From contig JABMPT010000008.1 in assembly GCA_013202845.1 (NCBI GenBank), positions 5,415 through 69,414 on the forward strand: 64,000 nt of DNA, read 5' to 3'. Under the pieces are notes generated by a model. The model saw only the letters and a list, made by a program, of their open reading frames with translations. It was not told the origin of the DNA and did not search any database. Positions 38,756-48,822 of this stretch are shown here, one piece after another. How positions within the stretch are numbered: position 1 is the first letter of the stretch; every line of letters starts with the position of its first letter. The position numbers were made by a program, and so were the translations under genes. The DNA is from Candidatus Woesearchaeota archaeon. Its GTDB lineage: Archaea > Nanobdellota > Nanobdellia > Woesearchaeales > GCA-2686295.

Positions 38756-40060
38756 TTATTGTTGAGTTGGATTAGTAACTCTTCCCATAAATAATATATT
38801 TCCAGTTCCTTTTTCTTGGATTATAAATATAAATGGATGGTCTGCTCTGAACACATTTCTTGGCATTGCAGCCATAGCTTCCATTACAACAGCGGTTGCT
38901 GCAGCAGCTTCTGTTCCTTTTTCATCAACTTTAACATAAGCTTGATGAATTACACTACTAATATATAGATTATTTGTTCTATCCATTCCAGAAAAATCAG
39001 CAGAGCTAGAAAATGCAGTTGGCATTCCCAAAGTACTCAGAGTATCTGCCATGAAATATTTTGTGTCAAATTCAAATTTAGGTAAATAGATAGAATCTAA
39101 TTTTGTTTCTGTCATTTGTGCTTTATATTCTTCAAGTTTTTCAGATGATAATTCAATATCTTCAAGTGTATAATCAGAAGTAATTACCTCGCCAGTTTCA
39201 CGATCGTAATCTTGTCCTTGTTTTGGCAATAAAATTAACATTGAAATCTTTTCGCCCTTGTATGGAAGTTCCAATATTTGCAGATCTTCTAAATCTGCGT
39301 AATTAAATCTTGCTTTGTCAGGATCCATATACATCATTGGCGTTTTTACGACATTTGTAGGCGTTATCTTGAAATCCTGTTCACGAGTATCGGATTTATC
39401 AAATTCCCATTCCCATGTTCCTTTAAAATAAATTGCATTTGTAAGAACCAACCTTGTCATTGAATTAAGAACTCCTGCTGGAATTAAATCTTTAATTTTA
39501 TTATTGGTTTGTTCTTCAATGAAGCTATTGATGGTTTGCCTTGATTTTTCTGTTTCTTGCTTAAAATCAAGATTAGCTACTTTACCACCATAGTATTTTT
39601 CTACTCTGCTTGTATAATCTTCAAGAAACTGATAATCATATTGAGCCCATAAAGCATTCCCAGTTCTTAATTCATAAGCTTTATTTCCCTGATTGATGTC
39701 ATTGTAAATTGCAGCAAAATTAGGTCTTAATATATTATTTTCAGGAAAATGAAAAACTGATTGCATTTCATCTGCTGTTTGTCCTTTTGCACCTTCATAG
39801 GTCATTGCTAAAGCAGCAGAGATGCTGTAAGGAGAATAGAAAATATTGCTATCTTCAGCTTTATTTAATTCTGAATAGAGTTCAAAAGCAAATTGATTAT
39901 TAGCGTTTACTACTTCCTGAATTCCTTGTTGTGTTGAACCAGTATCATCTGTTTGTGGAGGCTGGTCTGGTTGATAGGGGAAAAGAAACAATACTGCTGT
40001 AGCAGTTACAATAGTTACCATTAGAAGTGCTATTCCAATTGTTAAAATTTTTTTGTTCAT
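38756..40060 (-). CDS. Serpin (membrane-anchored or secreted)
   Basis: NIFYSPYSIS, NAIYFKGTW, VDEKGTEAAAAT hinge, FRADHPFIF, LFMGRV. Confidence 0.95.
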   Translation of the reverse strand: MNKKILTIGIALLMVTIVTATAVLFLFPYQPDQPPQTDDTGSTQQGIQEVVNANNQFAFELYSELNKAEDSNIFYSPYSISAALAMTYEGAKGQTADEMQSVFHFPENNILRPNFAAIYNDINQGNKAYELRTGNALWAQYDYQFLEDYTSRVEKYYGGKVANLDFKQETEKSRQTINSFIEEQTNNKIKDLIPAGVLNSMTRLVLTNAIYFKGTWEWEFDKSDTREQDFKITPTNVVKTPMMYMDPDKARFNYADLEDLQILELPYKGEKISMLILLPKQGQDYDRETGEVITSDYTLEDIELSSEKLEEYKAQMTETKLDSIYLPKFEFDTKYFMADTLSTLGMPTAFSSSADFSGMDRTNNLYISSVIHQAYVKVDEKGTEAAAATAVVMEAMAAMPRNVFRADHPFIFIIQEKGTGNILFMGRVTNPTQQ

Positions 40061-40348
40061 ATAATAAAGTAATAAGTTAGATAGTATATAAATGTTTTTT
40101 TAGCTTCTATTTGATTTGAAGTTAGGGTGGGAAAAAATATTATTTTTATTAATCTCAAAAACGAAGTTTTTGACTATCTATCCCGAAGGGATGGCGACGA
40201 CAACCTCCTTTTAATAAATCTACACGACGATTGAATATGACATGGGGATTAATAGAATCTTCAACTGAAAGAATATTTCTGAAGATAAAATGTTCTTTAG
40301 ATTAAAATAATGAGTTAAGGTTGCCTTCCCTAACTCTTGAGAATAAAC

Positions 40349-40891
40349 TTATTTGTTTCCGTAATAGAAGATGTCTTCAATTCTTACATCATCAGAAGTG
40401 AAATGGCCCTGCTTTTCATAGTAGGGCTTTTCTTCTTTTCTTTCTTGGCTTTCGTGTTTTGCGGGTTTTTCTTCTTGGCCTTCTGGTTTTGCAGATGGTA
40501 GATCTTCTTGTTTTACAGATTCTTGGCTTTGCGGCTCTTCTTGAGGGGAAATAGTCGGACTAGGGCTTTCGGGCGGGGAGGGTTCGTTCCGGGACTGAAG
40601 TGCAGCTATGTTCGAGTTTAGCTCGTCTATCTGACCGTGAAGATTCACTATGTTTCTGGTCATCTCTTGCATTTTTGCGGTAGTCATCTCTTTAAATCGT
40701 TTGAAGCTGTTAGAAAGCTCGACAACAACTTCTTCTTCGCTAGTAAACACTCTACTCTCTTGTTGATCTTCTTCAGTCATAAGAATTTCTTTAGCTCCTT
40801 CTATTGCGTCCATGGTATTGTCAGAAAAACCGAACTTTTTTAGTTCTTGGGACATGGCGTTTATTTTTTCTACTCTTTGGACATCATCCAT
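40349..40891 (-). CDS. Hypothetical coiled-coil protein
   Basis: 180 aa with coiled coil, Pro/Glu linker and a conserved-looking C-terminus. Confidence 0.7.
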   Translation of the reverse strand: MDDVQRVEKINAMSQELKKFGFSDNTMDAIEGAKEILMTEEDQQESRVFTSEEEVVVELSNSFKRFKEMTTAKMQEMTRNIVNLHGQIDELNSNIAALQSRNEPSPPESPSPTISPQEEPQSQESVKQEDLPSAKPEGQEEKPAKHESQERKEEKPYYEKQGHFTSDDVRIEDIFYYGNK

Positions 40892-40971
40892 CGGGAACTC
40901 AAGAGAATATTAACACTACACCTTTATAAACTTTTCTATACTAGACTACATATTTCATATACTAGTATGTC

Positions 40972-41679
40972 TTAATTTTTAATTTTATAGTATACTCTCC
41001 TGTTATTCTTTCCCTTGTTATCAGCCTTCAAGAACTCCAGTTCACCAATCTCAGAAGTGTTCTTGACATGGGTTCCACCGTCGGCCTGAGTATCGAAATC
41101 GCCAATCTCTACAATTCTCAAAGTATCAATGGCGGGAGGCAATGCGCCAGCCAGTTTTACAACAGAAGGGATACTTAAAGCTTCTTCACGAGGAAGAAAA
41201 TACCATTTCACCTCTAAATTCTTCTTTATTACGTCGTTAGCCTGCTTGATATACTCAACCATTTTCTCACGATCATAATCCTCCAAGCTAAAATCAATCC
41301 TCGTCTTGTCCAGACCTAATTGATTACCAGATATCAAAGCACCAGTTTCATTATGAATCAAAGTGCTCACAATATGCGCAGAAGTATGCATCCTCATCAA
41401 TTTATAGCGTCTCTCCCAGTCAATAACGCAGTGAACCTTGTCACCATCCTTCAAACCTTCTTTATCCACTTCATGGCTTATATCATCACCAAACTTGCCA
41501 ACAAAAACCACCTTGAACTCGTCATTATCTGTCTTCATAACACCTTCATCCCAAGGCTGACCCCCGGAATTAGGATAGAAACCAGTATTATCCAAAACAA
41601 TGAACTTGCCATTAGCCTTTTTTACAGAAGCATCAAACTCTTTCAAATAAGAATCATCCAAATACAAAGCATCTGCCAT
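40972..41679 (-). CDS. alaXM: Alanyl-tRNA editing protein AlaX-M
   Basis: LYLDDSY, FYPNSGGQP, MRMHTSAH, DGGTHV. Confidence 0.9.
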   Translation of the reverse strand: MADALYLDDSYLKEFDASVKKANGKFIVLDNTGFYPNSGGQPWDEGVMKTDNDEFKVVFVGKFGDDISHEVDKEGLKDGDKVHCVIDWERRYKLMRMHTSAHIVSTLIHNETGALISGNQLGLDKTRIDFSLEDYDREKMVEYIKQANDVIKKNLEVKWYFLPREEALSIPSVVKLAGALPPAIDTLRIVEIGDFDTQADGGTHVKNTSEIGELEFLKADNKGKNNRRVYYKIKN

Positions 41680-41734
41680 ATGATCACCCCAAAGAAAGTG
41701 TAAACATAGTATTATATAAGGATTCCCATTTCAT

Positions 41735-42655
41735 TCACTCGAATAAACCAGTGCTTAAATACCTTTCTCCAGTGTCGGGCAGTATCACTACAAGATTCTT
41801 ATCCTCCCCCTTGTTCTTAGCTACTTGCAGAGCTGCGTATACTGCTGCTCCTGAAGATATTCCTACTAGAATACCTTCTTCTTTAGCTATTCTCTGGGCA
41901 GTGTTTTTTGCATCCTCATCACTCACCTGGATGATTTTATCGTAAATGCTTGTATCAAGAATGCTAGGAACGAATCCTGCTCCTATACCCTGAATTTTAT
42001 GCTTGCCAGCTTTGCCTGCAGAAAGCATTGGAGATCCTTCAGGCTCAACAGCGTAGATCTTTATCCCAGGAAAAGCTTCTCGAAGAACTTTTCCAGCTCC
42101 AGTAATTGTACCACCAGTACCTATGCCTGCAACAAAATAATCTAGTCCAATATATTTGAACTCTTCAACTATTTCAGGACCAGTTGTTTTTTCATGAATC
42201 TCTGGGTTTGCAAGATTCTGAAATTGCTGAGGCATGAAATAATTATTTTCCTTTGCTAGTTTCTCAGCTCTTTTTATCGCGCCTGTCATTCCAGGACCTT
42301 CTTCTGGCTTCACCAAAACAAGTTCAGCGCCATAAGCTTTTAACATATCCCTTCTTTCTTTAGACATTGTTTCGGGCATAGTTAATATAAGCTTGTATCC
42401 TCTCTGTGCAGAAACGAATGCGAGTGCGATTCCTGTGTTACCAGATGTTGGTTCTATAATCGCATCTCCAGGTTTTAGAAGACCTTTTTTTTCCGCATCC
42501 AGTATCATGTTTAATCCTATGCGGTCCTTCACGCTACCGGCAGGGTTATAGTGTTCTAGCTTTCCCCATGTAGTTGCAGAGTCCTTGTCTGCCAACTTGT
42601 TCAACTTAATTATTGGTGTGTTTCCTACTAGTTCTGTTATGTTGTTTACTTTCAT
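41735..42655 (-). CDS. cysK: Cysteine synthase A
   Basis: [41 protein letters not shown]. Confidence 0.95.
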   Translation of the reverse strand: MKVNNITELVGNTPIIKLNKLADKDSATTWGKLEHYNPAGSVKDRIGLNMILDAEKKGLLKPGDAIIEPTSGNTGIALAFVSAQRGYKLILTMPETMSKERRDMLKAYGAELVLVKPEEGPGMTGAIKRAEKLAKENNYFMPQQFQNLANPEIHEKTTGPEIVEEFKYIGLDYFVAGIGTGGTITGAGKVLREAFPGIKIYAVEPEGSPMLSAGKAGKHKIQGIGAGFVPSILDTSIYDKIIQVSDEDAKNTAQRIAKEEGILVGISSGAAVYAALQVAKNKGEDKNLVVILPDTGERYLSTGLFE

Positions 42656-43539
42656 TTTTTTCCTCCGTTTTGTTTTTTTTCTAATTGAGGGTGTTCTGAT
42701 ATGAATACTGTGGTGTTGTCAGGGATATCTTCTTGGACCCAAGAGTTCGCACCGATGCTTACATGGTTACCTATATTAACAGGTCCTAGAATTTTAGCAC
42801 CTACGCCTATCACTACATGATTTCCGATAGTTGGATGTCTTTTGTAATTCTTCCTCAGCTCTTGCTCTCCTTCTTTCTCGAAATGTAATGCTCCTAGAGT
42901 CACACTTTGATAAATTCTCACCCAATCTCCTATTTTGGTTGTTTCGCCTATCACTACTCCTGTACCATGGTCTATGAAGAAGTATTCTCCAATCTTCGCT
43001 CCAGGATGAATATCAATTCCAGTCATTGAGTGGATTTGCTCAGCAAGCTCTCTAGGATAAGATGGAACATTAAGCTCATATAGTTTATGCGCAATTCTGT
43101 GGATCATTATAGCACTAAAAGAAGGATATGACCTTATTATCTCAGTATAATTCCTGGCTGCAGGGTCTCCTTTATAGGAAGCCTCTATGTTTTTCTTCAA
43201 ACTCTCTCTGATAGAAGGTATTTGTCTTATAATCTTATCAACGGTTAATTTATTTTGTTCATTTTTCTCAAGATAAGAGCTTGTTCCCTCAAACAATACC
43301 TGCCCAAGCTCATTTATTTTTGCTTCAAGACCTTTCTTATTATCCTGCTTTGTTATTGAGCCATTATTCCAATAATTTGGAAACATCACTTCCCTTAATA
43401 ATCCCAGTTCTTCAAATACCTGATCCCTCTCCAGAAAATTTATATTTGTCCTTGTTATAAAAGGATTTTTGTCTTGTTTATATGATTCAAATAACCTATT
43501 GATTGCGTCTCCTTTGTATTCATACATTTTAACCCTCAT
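42652..43539 (-). CDS. cysE: Serine O-acetyltransferase
   Basis: [33 protein letters not shown]; 4-nt overlap with cysK. Confidence 0.92.
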   Translation of the reverse strand: MRVKMYEYKGDAINRLFESYKQDKNPFITRTNINFLERDQVFEELGLLREVMFPNYWNNGSITKQDNKKGLEAKINELGQVLFEGTSSYLEKNEQNKLTVDKIIRQIPSIRESLKKNIEASYKGDPAARNYTEIIRSYPSFSAIMIHRIAHKLYELNVPSYPRELAEQIHSMTGIDIHPGAKIGEYFFIDHGTGVVIGETTKIGDWVRIYQSVTLGALHFEKEGEQELRKNYKRHPTIGNHVVIGVGAKILGPVNIGNHVSIGANSWVQEDIPDNTTVFISEHPQLEKKQNGGKK

Positions 43540-43569
43540 GTTTTTTTTTAAATAGTAGAAAAATTATTA

Positions 43570-43600
43570 TTCCAATCAACAAGTATGAGATTGGAAAAAA
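43570..43600 (-). terminator. U6 tract and 8-bp hairpin between the leader ORF and cysE
   Basis: Minus strand: CUUUUUUCCAAUC-(11 nt)-GAUUGGAA. Confidence 0.55.
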
Positions 43601-43614
43601 GACTGGTGAGTTGC

Positions 43615-43677
43615 CTAACAGCAACAACAGCAACAGCTACAGAAATTCTTACTTTTTATTCTTTGTTGCTTAAACAT
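43615..43677 (-). CDS. Polycysteine leader peptide MFKQQRIKSKNFCSCCCCCC (candidate attenuator uORF)
   Basis: ATG...TGT AGC TGT TGC TGT TGT TGC TGT TAG; 7 Cys in the last 8 codons; directly upstream of cysE-cysK. Confidence 0.8.
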   Translation of the reverse strand: MFKQQRIKSKNFCSCCCCCC

Positions 43678-43700
43678 AGTTAATCTGGGTGATAGAAGAC

Positions 43701-43716
43701 ATATTTAAATTTTTCG
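43701..43716 (-). promoter_or_regulatory. BRE/TATA promoter of the cys leader/operon
   Basis: Minus strand CGAAAAA-TTTAAATA about 25 nt before the leader ATG (leaderless spacing). Confidence 0.65.
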
Positions 43717-43812
43717 ATGTTAATATTTGTATCCAAAAACTTTATAAATAGTCTATATTTCCAACGACATGGTTTAGAGGTTCTGTAAACAACTTAAGTA
43801 TTAGGTGAAAAT

Positions 43813-44754
43813 ATGTTATTCGAAGTACCACAGAACGAATTGATTAAGAAAACAGCAGAAGAGCTGAAAAAGCTCATAGACATGCCTAGCTGGGGGCTTT
43901 TTGTAAAAACAGGCGCCCACAAGGAGAGACCGCCAGTGGAACGTGATTGGTGGTATATTAGAGCAGCAGCAGTTCTAAGAAAAGTATACTTACTAGGACC
44001 AATAGGTGTTTCTAAGTTAAGAACCAAGTATGGTGGAAAAAAGAACAGAGGAGTAAGGCCAGAGAAATTCTACAAAGGATCTGGAGCTATACTAAGGAAA
44101 GTACTCCAGCAACTAGAAGAAGCCCAACTAGTAAAACAAGCTGTAATCAAGAAGCACAAAGGAAGAGTCATAACCCCAAAAGGGATATCAGTTTTATTCT
44201 CAGCAGCAAAAAGCATAAGAGGCACTGTTGCAAAGAAAGCACCAAAGCCAGAAGTGAGAACACCAAATCCAAAAAAAGAGGAAAAGAAAGAACATCCTTT
44301 AGGAACAAAGAATTTGGCAGATTATAAAGAGAAAGCTCCAGAAGAAACTAAAAAAGAAACTGTGTCTGAGGAGAAGAAGCCAGAAGAGACAACAGAAACA
44401 AAAGTTTCAGACAAACCTAAGGAAGAAGTCAAAGAAGAAGCGAAGCATGAGGATAAGAAAGACAAAGCTGAAGCTATCTCAGAAACAAAAGTTTCTGAAC
44501 TGTCAGAAACGAAGTCTTCTGAGCATGATCAGAAATCTGAAAAACAAAGTTTTTCAGGTGCACAAAATTCACAAAATTTTGAGCAACCAAAGGTTTCAGA
44601 CAAACCTAAAAAAGAAGAGAAAAAGCCTGAAACCAGACCAAAAGAGAAACCAAAGGTTTCAGACAAACCTAAAGCTCCAAAAAAAGAAGAAACAACAACA
44701 GAATCAAAAAAAGATTCTGAGCCTCAGGCAAAGCCTGAGAAACCTAAAAAATAA
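43813..44754 (+). CDS. rps19e: 30S ribosomal protein eS19 with long charged C-terminal extension
   Basis: FVKTGAHKERPP, WWYIRAAAVLRK, GSGAILRKVLQQLE. Confidence 0.93.
   Translation: MLFEVPQNELIKKTAEELKKLIDMPSWGLFVKTGAHKERPPVERDWWYIRAAAVLRKVYLLGPIGVSKLRTKYGGKKNRGVRPEKFYKGSGAILRKVLQQLEEAQLVKQAVIKKHKGRVITPKGISVLFSAAKSIRGTVAKKAPKPEVRTPNPKKEEKKEHPLGTKNLADYKEKAPEETKKETVSEEKKPEETTETKVSDKPKEEVKEEAKHEDKKDKAEAISETKVSELSETKSSEHDQKSEKQSFSGAQNSQNFEQPKVSDKPKKEEKKPETRPKEKPKVSDKPKAPKKEETTTESKKDSEPQAKPEKPKK
44491..44584. repeat. Four tandem hairpins inserted in frame in the eS19 tail
   Basis: GTTTCTGA/TCAGAAAC, TTCTGA/TCAGAA, CTGAAAAAC/GTTTTTCAG, GCACAAAATT/AATTTTGAGC. Confidence 0.65.
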
Positions 44755-44755
44755 A

Positions 44756-44929
44756 ATGGCAAGATTCATACATTTAAGCAGGAAATTGAGATTGGCTAAG
44801 AAGGGAAGAAGAGTCAGATGGGCTCCTTTCTGGACAGTGCCAAAGATATATGGGCGGGGAAGAAGAATCCACCCAGGTAGACACACAGCTGTCAAGAGGC
44901 ACTGGAGAAGAACCAAGACCAAGGCATAA
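44756..44929 (+). CDS. rpl39e: 50S ribosomal protein eL39
   Basis: KLRLAK...P.W...RHWRRTK; located between rps19e and rpl31e. Confidence 0.88.
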   Translation: MARFIHLSRKLRLAKKGRRVRWAPFWTVPKIYGRGRRIHPGRHTAVKRHWRRTKTKA

Positions 44930-44934
44930 GGAAG

Positions 44935-45480
44935 ATGGCAGAAGAGAAAAAAAAAGAAAAAGAAGCTAAAGTAACTCTGGAAAGAGCATACAATGTTCCT
45001 TTGAGAAAGAAATGGCTAAAAGCGCCAAGGCACAAGAGATCCAAGAAAGCTGTAAAAGCATTGAAAGAATTTCTACAAAAACATATGAAATCAGATGATG
45101 TAAGACTAGGAATGTATGTTAATGAGTTTATCTGGAAGCACGGGATAAAGAACCCGCCGCACCATGTCAAGGTCAAAGCAGTCAAATATGACGACGGAGT
45201 CGTAAAAGCAGAGTTGGAAGGAAAAGACTTCAAGGGAGCAATCAAGATAAAGGCAAAAGAGGAGAAACCTACAGGGTTGAAGGGCAAGCTACAAGACGCT
45301 TTAGGAAAAAAAGAAGAAGAAACTCCTAAGGAAGAGGAGAAAAAAGAAGAAGCGCCTAAGGAAGAGAAAAAAGAAGAAAAGAAACCAACAAAGAAACCTG
45401 CAAAAAAGCCTGCTGCAAAGAAAAAACCAAAGACTAAGACTACTTCTAAATCAACAGCCAAGAAAAAGGCTAAAAAATAA
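44935..45480 (+). CDS. rpl31e: 50S ribosomal protein eL31 with Lys-rich tail
   Basis: ERAYNVPLR, RSKKAV, VNEFIWKHGIKNPP. Confidence 0.93.
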   Translation: MAEEKKKEKEAKVTLERAYNVPLRKKWLKAPRHKRSKKAVKALKEFLQKHMKSDDVRLGMYVNEFIWKHGIKNPPHHVKVKAVKYDDGVVKAELEGKDFKGAIKIKAKEEKPTGLKGKLQDALGKKEEETPKEEEKKEEAPKEEKKEEKKPTKKPAKKPAAKKKPKTKTTSKSTAKKKAKK

Positions 45481-45483
45481 TTT

Positions 45484-45795
45484 CTACTTAATTTCAGCAA
45501 GTATTTTCTTCAAACAGGTATCAAGAGCCACAAACAAGTTTCTGTCGACAACTTCAGAGGTTTTTGGCTTGCCTCCGGCAGTTAGCTTTCCATGTATCTC
45601 ATACTTCTGACTCTTGGGAGTCTTGTGAACACTTTTCATAGTCACTGTTAAGTTTTCAAAGTCCTTCAGAGAATCACTCATCTTTCTAGCGTATCTGCCA
45701 ACAAGCTTCTTAACTACAATCAATTCAGCGTGGTCTAAGTCCTTAAAACCTGCAAGGGTTATATTACCGCCTAGTTCTATTTCTTCGTCCCCCAT
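45484..45795 (-). CDS. Hypothetical protein, HPF/RaiA-like fold candidate
   Basis: Pattern YEIHGKL..GG...SE..DRNLFVALD.CLKKI; start MGDEEIELGG. Confidence 0.65.
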   Translation of the reverse strand: MGDEEIELGGNITLAGFKDLDHAELIVVKKLVGRYARKMSDSLKDFENLTVTMKSVHKTPKSQKYEIHGKLTAGGKPKTSEVVDRNLFVALDTCLKKILAEIK

Positions 45796-45957
45796 GCTAA
45801 TTCTATGGATTGCTAGATTTATAAATCTTTTGTAAAGACTTTTCTCGACGAGAAAGAGAAAATATTGTAGACGACACAAATTCTTTTATTCTGATAGGAA
45901 TATTTTTGTCAAGAGGATTTATATATTAACATTGTAACCTCACTTTCTAGGGAAAAA

Positions 45958-46488
45958 ATGGTTATTGAATATATATTGTTAAGAAAAGATAAAAGGGATA
46001 ATTTGAGTAATTTCTTTGACTGGTATAGTGGTCTTGATACTGAAAATGTTGATGTACAGCAAGCTCTTGAAGGCAATCAAGACTTAAAAGAGATACTTCC
46101 TCATTATTTTCTTGTTCAGGATCTATTAGTTAAATTTGATATTAACCATAAAGATTTTGATACAAGACCTGTGTTAAGTTATCTAATATCTAAACAAATT
46201 GAATCTTTGCCAGATGTTAAATATGATGATGGTTCTGTTTTTGTAAGAGGAACTATACATTATGGATTGAGACTTTTGTCACAACAGATAGGGCTGCGTA
46301 ACATTGAAGAGTTGAATGGGGCCGAATTAGAACCTTCACATTTTCTTAATGACCAATTAGTTTCTTTAGTAGTTCAATATGATAATAAGGTTAATAGAAG
46401 TAGTGCAATATCTGATCTGCACCCCACTATTATGAATGGTACTGGTACAGAACAATTTAATGTGGATTTGTGTGATCTCTATGACTAA
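45958..46488 (+). CDS. Hypothetical protein
   Basis: 176 aa ORF. Confidence 0.55.
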   Translation: MVIEYILLRKDKRDNLSNFFDWYSGLDTENVDVQQALEGNQDLKEILPHYFLVQDLLVKFDINHKDFDTRPVLSYLISKQIESLPDVKYDDGSVFVRGTIHYGLRLLSQQIGLRNIEELNGAELEPSHFLNDQLVSLVVQYDNKVNRSSAISDLHPTIMNGTGTEQFNVDLCDLYD

Positions 46489-46530
46489 AATGTTTACTAT
46501 TTCTTTAATGGAGAATGGAGGTAAGAAAGA

Positions 46531-47748
46531 ATGAAAAATGGAAGATACTTGTTTACAAGTGAAAGTGTAGGTGCAGGTCATCCGGATAAGATGTGTGATC
46601 AGATAAGCGACGCAATCTTAGATGCTGCATTGAAAGACGATCCTAATTCAAGGGTCGCTATAGAAACATTGACAAAAACCGGCTTTGTAGTGGTTGCCGG
46701 TGAATTGACAACAAAGACATATATCGACGTCCAGAAAGTTGTCAGGGATACAATCAGAGAGATTGGATATGATAATCCTGATTATGGATTCGATTGTGAT
46801 GGATGCGGAGTTTTGAATGCCATCTCAGAACAAAGTCCTGATATATCACAAGGAGTCACAACTGGAAAAGGTTTGCATAAAGAACAAGGTGCAGGAGATC
46901 AGGGATTGATGTTTGGGTATGCTTCTAATGAGACTCCTGAACTAATGCCTTTACCAATAGTTCTTGCTCATAAATTAGTAAAGAAATTAGAGATTGTCAG
47001 GAAATCTGGTAAGTTGAAATACTTAAGACCTGATACCAAGAGTCAGGTGACAGTTGAATATTATAATGGTCAGCCAAAAAAGGTTGATACAGTGGTAATT
47101 GCAACACAGCATTCACCAAAAGTCAAGCACAAGACAATATACAAGGATGTAATAAAGCATATCATTAAACCAGTATGTGGAAAATGGCTTGACAAAAAGA
47201 CAAATTACCATGTAAATTCAACTGGAGCATTTATTGTTGGAGGACCAGTAGCTGATGCAGGAGTTACAGGAAGAAAGATAATAGTCGATACCTATGGAGG
47301 ACACGGAAGCCATGGTGGAGGTTGTTTCTCAGGAAAGGACCCTTCAAAAGTTGACAGAAGTGCCAGTTATGCTGCCAGATACGTTGCAAAGAACGTTGTT
47401 GCGGCTGGATTGGCAGATAAATGCGAGGTTCAGCTAGCTTATGCAATTGGAGTTGCAAATCCAGTCTCTGTGTTGATACACACTTTCGGCACAAACAGAA
47501 TTCCTGAAGAGGAAATAAGCAAATTAGTTGTTAAGCATTTTCCATTGAAACCTGCTGAAATCATAAGCCATTTAAGACTGAAGAGACCTATCTTCAAGAA
47601 AACAGCTGCTTACGGACATTTTGGAAGGAATGACCCTGACTTTACATGGGAGAAACTGGACAAGGTGGAAATACTAAAGAAAGAAGCTGCAGGACACTTG
47701 GTTGAGTCAGAATTAAACGGAACAAAAGTTCCCTTGGATGGATACTAA
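46531..47748 (+). CDS. metK: S-adenosylmethionine synthetase (bacterial/eukaryotic type)
   Basis: [39 protein letters not shown]. Confidence 0.96.
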   Translation: MKNGRYLFTSESVGAGHPDKMCDQISDAILDAALKDDPNSRVAIETLTKTGFVVVAGELTTKTYIDVQKVVRDTIREIGYDNPDYGFDCDGCGVLNAISEQSPDISQGVTTGKGLHKEQGAGDQGLMFGYASNETPELMPLPIVLAHKLVKKLEIVRKSGKLKYLRPDTKSQVTVEYYNGQPKKVDTVVIATQHSPKVKHKTIYKDVIKHIIKPVCGKWLDKKTNYHVNSTGAFIVGGPVADAGVTGRKIIVDTYGGHGSHGGGCFSGKDPSKVDRSASYAARYVAKNVVAAGLADKCEVQLAYAIGVANPVSVLIHTFGTNRIPEEEISKLVVKHFPLKPAEIISHLRLKRPIFKKTAAYGHFGRNDPDFTWEKLDKVEILKKEAAGHLVESELNGTKVPLDGY

Positions 47749-47781
47749 ATCTTTTTATAATTCTTTTATTTTCTTTTTCCA

Positions 47782-48153
47782 ATGAACAATATTGTTGAAA
47801 AGAATCTTGAATTAATGACTACTCGAGGAGATGGTTCTATGGTAGACCTGATGATAGATGAGAGTCTGGGTGGAAATGCTCATATATGGAAAGATTATCC
47901 TTGTGGAGGAGCGAATTTTCGTTATGATCCAGAAACTGGAGAGATAAAATGTTTCGAAAATCTTCAGAATGTTCCTGAAGAATTTAAGGGATTTCCAGCT
48001 CATATACTTCGAATTGCTGTTAATCTAAAAGGCACTGATAATATAGGGTTCTATATAGTTAACTATTATCCTGAAGAGTTACCTATAACTGCTAGAGTGA
48101 ATTTGGAAAAAACAGTTAAACTTTACAATAAGAATCACGCTTTTAAACCATAA
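47782..48153 (+). CDS. Hypothetical protein
   Basis: 123 aa ORF with TATA-like motif upstream. Confidence 0.55.
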   Translation: MNNIVEKNLELMTTRGDGSMVDLMIDESLGGNAHIWKDYPCGGANFRYDPETGEIKCFENLQNVPEEFKGFPAHILRIAVNLKGTDNIGFYIVNYYPEELPITARVNLEKTVKLYNKNHAFKP

Positions 48154-48820
48154 CTTTATACTTCAATACTTCTCCTGCTTCTAAAATCTTATAATTTATT
48201 TTTTCTTGCTCGAATCTTCTCTTAACTTCATCAAAATCCACAGGATGTAATGGACTGTCTGCGTGCATTGGAATAGTTATTTTTGCCTCTACATCTTTTG
48301 CAAACTCTGCTGCCTCCCAAGGGCTCATTGTGACGCAGTGGTTTGAAACTGGCACTAACAAGACATCACATTTGTAGTTATGCTCAAAAGCTATGGAATC
48401 GCTTGTGTGGTATGCTCTTGTTTCACCATCGTCAACAATGTAACCAACGTTTTCATAGATAATTGCTCCTTTGCCTTTCATCCAAGGACCAACGCCGTGC
48501 ACTGCTTTTACTACCTCTACTTTTATGTCATCAAACTCTAAAACATCTCCTTCCTTGACAATCTCTGGAGAAAGTTCAGGATGCGCTTCTGCAGTTTCTT
48601 TTGTAGTGTAGAATTTTGTCTTTGGATTCTTAATAATCTCTTTTACAGCGTCATCATGGCAATGATCTGAATGTTTATGTGTGACTAGCAGGACATCTAT
48701 GTCTGCCCAGTCCTTTTCAAGCAACGAATCTTCATATTTTATTTTTCCAGGATCAACTAATATCCTTTTTCCTTTTGTTTCTATCAAAAAACAAGATTGC
48801 ACATACTTAGTTATCTTCAT
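48143..48820 (-). CDS. MBL-fold metallo-hydrolase
   Basis: ILVDPG, THKHSDH, AVHG, YHTSD, IPMH. Confidence 0.88.
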   Translation of the reverse strand: MKITKYVQSCFLIETKGKRILVDPGKIKYEDSLLEKDWADIDVLLVTHKHSDHCHDDAVKEIIKNPKTKFYTTKETAEAHPELSPEIVKEGDVLEFDDIKVEVVKAVHGVGPWMKGKGAIIYENVGYIVDDGETRAYHTSDSIAFEHNYKCDVLLVPVSNHCVTMSPWEAAEFAKDVEAKITIPMHADSPLHPVDFDEVKRRFEQEKINYKILEAGEVLKYKVMV

Positions 48821-48822
48821 TT

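Noticed and set aside
43615..43640. CAA/CAG microsatellite explanation for the Cys run
   Set aside because: Mixed TGT/TGC codons in frame with an ATG and stop, promoter spacing and position before cysE-cysK argue against chance, though it is not formally excluded
44447..44755. 160-aa version of eL39
   Set aside because: The upstream part is an alternative frame of the eS19 tail; the true start is 44756
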